NCBI RefSeq assembly: GCF_031769215.1
Contig: NW_026782259.1
Coordinates: forward strand, 434,001-498,000
Direction: 5' to 3'
DNA from: Ylistrum balloti
Taxonomy: Eukaryota
DNA: 64,000 nucleotides
Part shown: positions 25,601-33,275 of the stretch, piece after piece
Layout: each line of letters starts with the position of its first letter
Numbering within the stretch: position 1 is the stretch's first letter
Program-made: the position numbers and the translations under genes
The notes under the pieces: model-generated
The model's input: only the letters and a program-made list of their open reading frames with translations
Database searches by the model: none
Told to the model about the DNA's origin: nothing

Positions 25601-28600
25601 AAGGGATTTGTGTTTGACAGGAAAAGACATCACTGGAAATGACATTTTCAGTGGAAAGAGAATGCATTTGTGTTGGACAGGAAATGACATTCTCAGTAGA
25701 AAGAGAAGGCATTTGTGTTGGACAGGAAATGACATTCTCAGTAGAAAGAGAAGGCATTTGTGTTGGACAGGAAATGACATTCTCAGTAGAAAGAGAAGGC
25801 ATTTGTGTTGGACAGGAAATGACATTCTCAGTAGAAAGAGAAGGCATTTGTGTTGGACAGGAAATGACATTCTCACTAGAAAGAGAAGGCATTTGTGTTG
25901 GACAGGAAATGACATTCTCAGTAGAAAGAGAAGGCATTTGTGTTGGACAGGAAATGACATTCTCAGTAGAAAGAGAAGGCATTTGTGTTGGACAGGAAAT
26001 GACATTCTCAGTAGAAAGAGAAGGCATTTGTGTTGGACAGGAAATGACATTCTCAGTAGAAAGAGAAGGCATTTGTGTTGGACAGGAAATGATGTCACTG
26101 GAAATGGTATCCTCAGTGGAAACGGAAGGGATTTCAGAAGGACAGGATATGACATCATAGGAGATGGCATCCTCAGTAGATCTAGAAGTGGTTTGAGTAG
26201 GAGAGTGGGTGGGGCCCTCACTGGATGAAAGGGTTTGGGTAGAGCAGGGAACATCATTCTCTGTAGATCCAGAAATGGTTTGAGTAGGAGAGTGGATGGG
26301 TTCCTCACTGGATGTAAGGGTTTGGGTAGACCAGGGAACATCATTCTTTGTAGATACAGAAGTGGCCTTAGTAGGAGAGTGGATGGGGCCCTCACTGGAT
26401 GTAAGGGTTTGGGTAAAGCAGGGAACATCATTCTTTGTAGATACAGAAGTGGCCTGAGTAGGAGAGTGGATGGGGCCCTCACTGGATGTAAGGGTTTTGG
26501 TAGACCAGGGAACATCATTCTTTGTAGATACAGAAGTGGCCTGAGTAGGGGAGTTGATGGGGCCCTCACTGGATGTAAGGGTTTTGGTAGAGCAGGGAAC
26601 ATCATTCTCTGTAGATACAGAAGTGGTTTGAGTAGGGGAGTGGATGGGGCCCTCACTGGATGTAAGGGTTTGGGTAGAGCAGGGAATATCATTCTCTGTA
26701 GATCCAGAAGTGGCTTGAAAAGGGGAGTTGATGGGGCCCTCGCTGGATGTAAGGGTTTGGGTAGAGCAGGGAATATCATTCTTTGTAGATACAGAAGTGG
26801 CCTGAGTAGGAGAGTGGATGGGGCCCTCACTGGATGTAAGGGTTTGGGTAGAGCAGGGAATATCATTCTTTGTAGATACAGAAGTGGCCTGAGTAGGGGA
26901 GTGGATGGGGCCCTCACTGGATGTAAGGGTTTGGGTAGAGCAGGGAACATCATTCTCTGTAGATCTAGACGTGGTTTGAGTAGGGGAGTGGATGGGGCCC
27001 TCACTGGATGTATGGGTTTGAGTAGACCTAGTCTCAGTAGATTTAGATGATGTTTGTAATGAGAAAGAAACATCATGAGGGGTGGATACAGTAGAGGTTT
27101 TGATAGGGAAGGAAATATCATCCAAGGTATAAGATGAAGGGGTTTGGGTTATACTGGAACAAGATTGATCTATAAGATCACACTTCAGGCATGCAGGTAG
27201 CACTACACCAGAGAAACCCTGCTTTGGTGACATATCATTATTATCTGAACAGGCAGTACTAGGGTTAGAAGTGCTACACACAGGAGTAGAGTTAACAGTG
27301 ATATCAGCAGTACATATAGGCATTGCATTGGCTATATAGGGTAGATCTCCTACACTACTAGATCTACTAACCCCTTCACCATCTCTCGATTCTTCACCAC
27401 AGCTGTTAGTACCAGTCACTACACTACTCGAGTCCCAAACATCAGTTACCTTGGTCTGTCGTTGATTTCCTGGTTTGTCGTCCACTCCTGACTGATCTAT
27501 AAACAGTGACTTACGCCTGTTTTTTTGGTTTGGTGAAAGTTTTGAAGAGGTCAAAGTTGCAATGGCCTTTCTCTTGATACACAGACGCTCTGCATCAGTC
27601 ATCTTGCCAGGACTTGCTTTACCTCGTGTCCCCTTCACAGGGGAAGGTGTTCCATTTCTATAGGATCGAGTACACTTTGCAGGGGTGACTGCAGGTGATG
27701 CATTTCTTCTCTTCGAAGTTGCCCGTGACCTTTGACCTTGTCGGGTTGGAAAACTTGCCAATCCCCTGGCAGTCTCTGGAGTGCCTGCACATGCACGTGC
27801 AGCTTTCCTGCTTGGGGTGACACGACCACTTGGTGGCATAACCTGTCAAGGAGAAATTATCAAATTCAAATCTCCATACAGCATATCACAGAATCCATGA
27901 AATATCAAGCAGTACTCTATCCAAACTTTGCTGAAAGTAAAGAACATCTTTCATGTCCTAAAATATCTTGCATGAAAAAGTCACATTGCAAGCACAATAA
28001 CTACAGTAATTCCACTCTCCTTGTGAAAACCACAGTACAAGTTCATTTTAAATGATAAATTGTGAAGTTCTCAAGGTGGTATACAGTTTGAGGAACAAAC
28101 AATTAATTTCTCTCCCAGCTTCTAAAATATTTAGGCAAACTATTTGTCAAAAGATTATCTGACAGACAAAATCTAAAAGTTTCAAAGCTTTTAAGACAAG
28201 AATGTATAAGGTTTGATGGACATTTCTAAACTAACTAGAATTACAAGAAACAACTTGACAAGTTAAGGGAAATTAAGAACAGCCTGTAAATGTCATTAAA
28301 AACCTGGACATGTTAGGCAAAATGCCAACATAACATGACAAATGCAATGAGATTTCAGTATTATACACAGAATGAAAGCCAGTATGTACCAGTGGTGCTG
28401 GAGAGTCTGCCACATCATCGGGTACATTACTACAACTAGTACTGCTGGAAGAAGGAGAACTCTCACGCACAAAAGCTCGACCTCGATTAGGTGGTGTTGG
28501 TGGCAGGCTAGTGTCACCCTCGTCTCGGGAGAAATTGAAAAAGTCCAGGTGCGGAGGAAGGGCCTGTGTTCCTATCAACAATAACAATCAATAAGGTATC

Positions 28601-31386
28601 AATTATTTGAAACTGAATGATAAAATATTCATTTATCAAAGCAAAAATACTCTTTCCAAAATTGTACCAGAATCAGCATCATGGTAAATGCTCTATACAA
28701 CTACAACTTAATAAAACTATGAAAAGTACATAAATTATTTCTGAAAATTAGACAATATTGCCATATAACCAAAATGTTTTGCCACAATGTAATTGGTAAC
28801 AGAAGAATGAGACAAACAACAAACATCATTCAATTGTATAGGAGGAATTTGGGGAGAAAACATAAAAACATTATGCTGTGTACAGTAAACAGTATTGGCT
28901 AAATGTTGGGCTTTTACACTCATCAATGTAATACAGGTACATATGCATCTATGAATAGTTTGAATATGGAAATAGAGGTGTACAATAACTACCTCTCAGA
29001 CAGAGGAAAGTGAGGAAATCTTCAGTCTTGGCTCGCTTCGGGAAGACTTTGATGGGTGAGGAGGTCTTGCTGGTGTGTTTAACAGGTGTGTGCTGTGATG
29101 GGACCATAGTGTTACCATAGGCATGCATCTGGGCAAATTTTCTTTGAGCTCTCACTTTTGTCCTGCTGCAAGGAACAAAGTCATCTCATAGAAAAACTAG
29201 TAAGGTTAAAGTGTATGTATACAAATTAATATTTTTTTCATATTCTTTTTTCATCGCCGCTTTCACTTTCACATAATGTTAAATTTGTCTAAAATACAAA
29301 AAATATATACATTTTTGTATCTTATCTATAACATCAAACATCATCCTATTTTTTATTTTCATCTTATTTCCAGCAGGGTGAAACCAACAAAATTTAACCT
29401 GGTATTAATTCATGGGTTCACAGGTGTAATTAACAATATGTTAATTAGGTGTAATTAATGACAGTACCAAACTGGATAAAACTATTATTGTAAAATTATC
29501 AAAACTGTTTTAGTTTGGAACAGCTGACTATGATCTAATTTATCCCACTTAAAAACCTCCATTTCCATTATAAATACCCAAATCTGGGTCCTAACATCTC
29601 ATCCCATCAAAATAAATAATAGCTTACTTACACATGAAGTGTTTATCATGTCTATTATTCAGAACTTATAACAGTTCTTCCTGCACTTGAATGCTCCATA
29701 ATTTATACAAGTACACCTTCTCAAGATGCTTTTGAAAGCTTGTATGGTTTCTATTGTCTCATTCTCATCATATTGTTCAAAAGCATAATGTACTGAAGAT
29801 ATATCAACTTTTAATTTGAATGCACATGTATTCTCAAAAATTAAAAAAAATCAAAGATCATACTATAGAATTTGTTTCTGAAATGTTATAGAAAGTTTTT
29901 GGAAAACCTTATAATGTGACTTCCAGGGAAATACAAGAATTTATTGTATGTGTATTGGCTGCTTGTGTCAGTCCTACCCTTTGGAATCATCGTTAGAACA
30001 ACTGGTGGTTGATGATCGCATGGAGTCCTGACTACTCTCATCTCCTGCAATGCTGTGGTGAGACTTGAGCTTTTTGTCCGCTGGAGGAGGAAGAGATGGA
30101 CTCTGCATTGTTGCTGCACTTGACTTTGAAGGTGCAGCAGGTTTACTGGCTCTGGGAGACTGACGTCTTGGCAACACTCTGTTCAAGAGGTTTCGTCTTG
30201 GGATACTGTTTGCAGGTACCAATGGGGGATCTGACTCTAGCTCAGATTTGATGGCAAGTTTTTTAGTCTCTTGTAAGGAGGCATATAATGCTTTATTCAA
30301 CTCCCTCTCCTCACGCCATGATAGGCCTGCAGTTAAATCCTAAAGAAAAAATAAGCAATTTTTAACTGATGTACTTGCAAATGTTTAAGAAGAAACATTT
30401 TGTATTGTATAAAGACAAAGGCATTTCTGTCAAGAAAGCTTACAACAGAAAGTTTGGTATGAAATGTTGCTGTTACAAAATGGCCACTCACAGCCATCTG
30501 GAATCTTTAATGAATCTCAAAATGTAACCAATTACCTATACTGAGATGATATCCAAGGTTTTAAGATCAAGATAATGCTTCATTACATTTTCCAAAAAAG
30601 CAGTAAAAAAACTTTTGATATAAATATGACTACTTGTGGCAATCTTGAATTTTCAATGAAGCTCAACATATGACATTCACAACCAGGTACATACTGAACA
30701 TATTCTTCAGAATCAGATTAAAACTGTATTCTTTAAAAATCAAAAATAAAGTTTTCAGAATTGCAACCCCAGTGGAATAAATGTAAAACTCAAATGATGA
30801 CAATATCAATAAATACAGAACAGATAATAAAAAGAATTATTGTTCTTGTGTTTTACAATGCATGATCATTTTCATTCTACAGTGCTACAACATGAATACA
30901 AATATACAATTTTTTACAAGAAATCGCCTATCTTGAAATCAGAGAACATTGACATTTCCATCAAGTTTTACCATGTGAAAAGAAGTCTAAATTTTACTTC
31001 AATACGACAAAGTAAAACAGACATAAAATTTCAGAGGAAAATCAACACCAACAATTCTATATGAGAAACATTTGTAGGAAGTCTTTTATCCCAATAATAA
31101 GATACTGATATCCTTAATAACACAATGAAGTGATTTACTATTACTACACCAACAATTCTTTACGAGAAACATTTGTAGGAAATCTTTTATCCCAATAATA
31201 AGATACTGGTACAATGAAGCGATTTACTATGAGAGTTCTTACCAGAAACTACTCTCACATTTAAAAATATACTGCCCATACCAAATTTTTGGGTGATATG
31301 TTCCTTCGCAGTCTCTGAGCCAAGGCAGGTTCTCCAGGAGATTTCCTTGAGGAATAAGCAGGTGTGGATGGCTTCTTCCCAACCAT
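4517..31386 (-). CDS. JARID2: Protein Jumonji / JARID2 (PRC2 accessory subunit), whole gene span
   Basis: Phase-consistent GT-AG exons: 31386-31282, 30339-29978, 29165-28993, 28571-28390, 27842-27450 (or -24188), 16786-15970, 15321-15110, 13351-13281, 12906-12828, 12428-12303, 11611-11456, 10972-10874, 10466-10345, 8714-8644, 7734-7620, 7340-7232, 6597-6415, 5953-5829, 5421-5253, 5078-4971, 4651-4517. Diagnostic motifs: WREERELNKALYASLQE, RAQRKFAQ, KTEDFLTFLCLRG, then JmjN, ARID, JmjC and C5HC2-like domains. About 1303 aa with the short exon 5. Confidence 0.95.
4971..5078 (-). CDS. JARID2: JARID2 exon, C5HC2-like finger, second half
   Basis: VLNEVDDLAFSLEHG...CKLMYRHTE; ttgttag / gtaagt. Confidence 0.92.
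5253..5421 (-). CDS. JARID2: JARID2 exon, C5HC2-like finger, first half
   Basis: DRELNNRQQLFDAGLKSS...CDVSKKICYLSL; ttcacag / gtgaat. Confidence 0.92.
5829..5953 (-). CDS. JARID2: JARID2 exon (post-JmjC helices)
   Basis: ALNDSFETEMFSMDELL...WLQKV; ttttacag / gtaagt; phase 0->2. Confidence 0.9.
6415..6597 (-). CDS. JARID2: JARID2 exon, JmjC C-terminal part
   Basis: VSRCIQRPGQFVIVFPRCYTSTISCGYSLAESVHYA. Confidence 0.95.
7232..7340 (-). CDS. JARID2: JARID2 exon, JmjC
   Basis: WYAVPGQIEETFKSAMRSLVP...; ttgccag / gtaaga. Confidence 0.93.
7620..7734 (-). CDS. JARID2: JARID2 exon, JmjC core (no HxD/E iron ligands)
   Basis: [39 protein letters not shown]. The catalytic His position is replaced, as expected for JARID2. 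Confidence 0.95.
7843..8541 (-). mobile_element. Full-length HINE/DTC84/Pearl-like MITE with three internal ~150-bp repeats
   Basis: Minus strand: 5' TTTTAAGCTCACCATCATCAGATGGTAGGCT hairpin, GTCT/GTCC microsatellite, three diverged ~146-155-bp units (GAGATCC at about 8119, 8265, 8420), 3' subTIR plus palindrome AGATCC-GTTT-GGGATCT. Confidence 0.75.
8644..8714 (-). CDS. JARID2: JARID2 exon, JmjC start
   Basis: HPWNLNNLPHSPGSLLRYLGHVSG; caattcag / gtaggt. Confidence 0.95.
8930..10300. repeat. Hierarchical minisatellite: 26-27-bp monomer, 54-bp dimer, 400/454-bp block duplication
   Basis: CCATCACCTTTACCATTACAAGAGAC (9960-10300) and a 54-bp unit (9240-9860). Block 9101-9500 is repeated at 9501-9954 with one extra 54-mer. 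Confidence 0.9.
10345..10466 (-). CDS. JARID2: JARID2 exon (KEYWNIV...HIDTQ)
   Basis: EYW and V-H-G-x-I-D pre-JmjC motifs; tttcag / gtaagg. Confidence 0.93.
10874..10972 (-). CDS. JARID2: JARID2 exon (GKNMSLVMFNRAARN)
   Basis: G-x-x-x-SL-x-x-F-x-R-x-A motif; ctctacag / gtttgt. Confidence 0.9.
11456..11611 (-). CDS. JARID2: JARID2 exon, ARID C-terminal helix
   Basis: AQDRGTKLYDAYCKFLVSYDMLS; ttgttacag / gtaact. Confidence 0.95.
11641..12120 (-). repeat. 69-bp tandem array derived from the adjacent 3' splice site and exon start (7 copies)
   Basis: Unit ttcttatagGCACAGGTTTGGGGAATTTAACTTTTGAAGCTTACTATAAATTC aligns with the true junction ttgttacagGCACAAGATAGGGGAACTAAACTTTACGATGCTTACTGTAAGTTC. 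Confidence 0.92.
12303..12428 (-). CDS. JARID2: JARID2 exon, ARID core
   Basis: IGGVEVDICKFSAVIQHLGGMQSVIEKKKLLKVADIIGIPKS. Confidence 0.95.
12828..12906 (-). CDS. JARID2: JARID2 exon, ARID N-terminal part
   Basis: RFGPNVCQLKAIQKHLDSHGVSEPFPV; ctacag / gtaagt. Confidence 0.93.
13281..13351 (-). CDS. JARID2: JARID2 exon (JmjN-ARID linker)
   Basis: SDSKISEELRFTTQKQYIHKLYDR; tttttcag / gtatgt. Confidence 0.93.
13461..14790. repeat. Minisatellite, 24-bp unit, about 52 copies
   Basis: AACACTGTAGACCTGACACACACA and the ...ATCAGAC variant; diverged units at 14700-14790. Confidence 0.95.
15110..15321 (-). CDS. JARID2: JARID2 exon, JmjN domain
   Basis: APTFYPNEEEFSDPIKYIQSV...YGMCKIVPPQSWK; phase 1->0. 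Confidence 0.97.
15480..15744 (-). mobile_element. Young tRNA-derived SINE with V-type central domain and 12-bp TSD
   Basis: Minus strand: A box TGGCGCAGTGG, B box GGTTCGATTCC, central GGGTTTTCCCCGGGTACTCCGGTTTCCTCCCACA, AT-rich tail. TAGATTTGAATT flanks both ends (15468-15479 and 15745-15756). Confidence 0.88.
15970..16786 (-). CDS. JARID2: JARID2 817-nt K/R-rich linker exon (phase 0->1)
   Basis: 281-aa ORF; acag|ATG acceptor and tcag|gtaaga donor; in phase with the JmjN exon. Confidence 0.85.
17720..19175. repeat. Minisatellite, 40-bp unit, about 36 copies
   Basis: GACAGTTGTAGCTGTAAACAACATGTCTGTTGAGTTGTAT; degenerate at 17720-17960. Confidence 0.95.
19650..22070. repeat. Minisatellite, 53-57-bp unit (variable G-run), about 45 copies
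   Basis: GTAGGGGGATTATTAGGTAAACTCACACACATGATGATAGTGACACTACAACT. Confidence 0.95.
23706..24187. repeat. 72/78-bp tandem array starting at the giant-exon donor, about 6.4 copies
   Basis: ACAGAGGGTGGGAGGGGCAGGGTAGAGTGTTACACTGTATACACAAAGTAAGT...; on the minus strand the first unit begins at GTAAAACAC (24187). Confidence 0.9.
24188..27842 (-). CDS. JARID2: JARID2 giant low-complexity exon (3655 nt, phase 0->1; internal phase-0 donor at 27449)
   Basis: Stop-free 1235-codon ORF preceded by a ccttgacag acceptor in phase with exon 4. Donor cctg|gtaaaa at 24187. All internal repeats have periods divisible by 3. Confidence 0.78.
24820..24990 (-). repeat. Coding 24-bp repeat (RCVEDTVS), 7 copies
   Basis: CVED/CVEE counted 7 times in the ORF translation. 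Confidence 0.9.
25636..26095 (-). repeat. Coding 45-bp repeat (CPTQMPSLSTENVIS), 10 copies
   Basis: Near-identical 45-bp units; CPTQM counted 10 times. Confidence 0.93.
26160..27025 (-). repeat. Coding 87-bp repeat (STQTLTSSEGPIHSPTQATSVSTKNDVPC), 10 copies
   Basis: 29-aa units counted in the ORF translation. Confidence 0.93.
28390..28571 (-). CDS. JARID2: JARID2 coding exon 4 (GTQALPPHLDFF...)
   Basis: Continues the LCLRG motif; tgatag / gtacat; phase 1->0. Confidence 0.88.
28993..29165 (-). CDS. JARID2: JARID2 coding exon 3 (K116-like methyl site and PRC2-binding TR motif)
   Basis: VRAQRKFAQ ... KRAKTEDFLTFLCLRG. Confidence 0.97.
29978..30339 (-). CDS. JARID2: JARID2 coding exon 2 (UIM-like motif)
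   Basis: DLTAGLSWREERELNKALYASLQE; ttctttag / gtagga. Confidence 0.93.
31045..31235. repeat. Two-copy ~101-bp tandem duplication
   Basis: ACACCAACAATTCT...GAGAAACATTTGTAGGAA...CCCAATAATAAGATACTG at 31045 and 31146. Confidence 0.85.
31282..31386 (-). CDS. JARID2: JARID2 first coding exon (MVGKKPSTPAYSSRKSPGEPALAQRLRRNISPKNL)
   Basis: ATG in an exon with acceptor ttgcag at 31455 and phase-0 donor gtatgg. QRLRRNI resembles the vertebrate exon-1 RPKRNII. Confidence 0.78.
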
Positions 31387-32449
31387 GATGGATTTCAGTG
31401 TACACACCAAGTCACACTGGTGTCAGGGTTAGCCAAAGCCTAGGATGTGTGATTCTGCAACATAAACATTCACACTTTGGATATCCTCTACTGTTCTGTT
31501 TATAACTGTCTCACTGCAACAGTGTGATTTATTTTATTTCATTGATTGGAGATATATCCATAAATCTATATTTCAAGTTGAGCACAACCCCTCAAAATGG
31601 ACAATATTCCTGAATTTGCGGGATAGTTATTAATTACCATTTTGAGTACCCAGTTACTTACTGAAATGTAATGTCATTTGAAATAGAAACACATAAAAGT
31701 CTTTTTTGAAACATTTGCAACAAAAAAGTGGGTGATATTTTTACATGGCATAATAACAAATGCAAACTTGTACATTTTTTGTACAAACAGTTGTGAAATA
31801 AATTGTCTCACTTTTTGAAAAGAAAAAAAAACTTGATCACATACATTGTTTATCAACTGCTTTTAGTGTGGCTAAAAACACAGGTAGGTTGGTTGACAAG
31901 TTTTCTGTCTCCGTGATTCCTTCTTGTCAGTGTTATGGCAACTTGTGCAAAACACAGGTAAATTCATTCTCAACTATATATAACATTTGCTCTAAATACT
32001 GCCACTGGCTATAGACTGTAGTCAATGGAGAACAAAGGCAGTGATATATTGCCATTTCAACACAAAGTTATATAATAGAAATGAATGTTTCCTATGCAGT
32101 TATATACATTGTCATATTTGCTATTGGGTTGTGTGTGACAAGATAACACTATTTTTTGTTGCAAACAAAAACTTTGAGTGCTTCTATTTGAGAATGACCA
32201 TGCATGTAAGTAACTACTTATTCAAAGTAGTAACTAAAACCCTCAAATGCATGATTATTACCCATATGCATGGTTGTGCCCAATCTGCATTTGACCGTTT
32301 TACTTTCAAAGAAAAATAAACAAAAAATGTTGCAAATCTTTAAAAGAATTTCACGTGTTTCTCTTACAAATATCCTGTATTCGAATAAAAATATATATAA
32401 TTCACTCAAAACAGCAACTGTCACTCAAATGCAGGACTATATGCAAACA

Positions 32450-33070
32450 TACTGTATGTCTGCGGGTGAACGTAGACGGGTGTCTAGCATGTTCCCCGAC
32501 ATACCAGCTGCATATTATCCGAGTTTTAACAGCCCCCGTATGTTTGAGTTAAACAATTACAAAAATATGTGTTAATGTTTTCACAGAAGTAAGTAAAATG
32601 TACGGCCCAAAATACCAGGTACGCAGGAAGATAATTGGGAAGTCAATCACGCTTATCACGCTAAACGTCACAACACCCCCTACCGGTGTTCACGTTCTCA
32701 AAACTCTAATGAAAATTGCGAAAACGGACGCACCTTCGAAACAACCGTATAACATTGTATCTACATAAGTAAATAAATGTCTATATGGCGATTTTACAAG
32801 TTCGTGCATTAGAGAATACAAGAGCAGTGAAATGTAAAACTTACCATCGACACCCTTTGTTCCAGTGTTTACAATTTGCATGTGTTTCCGGTTTTAAGAA
32901 GCGAATAATAAAGCAAACAAATAAAAAAATCTGAGTCTTAGAATATTTTTTGTGTATTGATTCTTTCTTAAAAAATATTTTAGTGTCCTGTATTCACAAA
33001 AATATCTCCATTTAAAGGTAAATCATATTTTCGTTTGGTTAACAGCGTCTCATCTGCTGCACTATCCAAG
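32450..33070. promoter_or_regulatory. Putative bidirectional promoter JARID2/PIGT with candidate JARID2 5' UTR exon (donor at 32844)
   Basis: Head-to-head genes; locally elevated CpG; minus-strand ATG|GTAAGT donor at 32844; ETS-like CCGGAA at 32886-32891; YY1-like AAGATGG at about 33068. Confidence 0.6.
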
Positions 33071-33275
33071 ATGGTGGAAAGCAGTCGATCGATGCCGGTA
33101 TCGCGGAAGATGATGTGGATATTTTGGTTACCATTGCTCGGATACATCGTACACGCTAAACTTAATGACGAATTTAACGAGGAATTGTTCATTAAACCTT
33201 TTGGTAGTGGACATGTCATGTTTCATTTCCAATTTACAACTAAATGGAACGTCAGCATCGCAGATGAAACAGCGT
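33071..33275 (+). CDS. PIGT: PIGT exon 1 (signal peptide)
   Basis: [29 protein letters not shown]; donor gtatgt. Confidence 0.9.

Noticed and set aside
25318-27121. Overlapping ORFs of 264, 515, 173 and 271 aa on both strands inside the giant exon
   Set aside because: A by-product of triplet-period repeats; only the 1235-aa frame has phase-matched splice sites.
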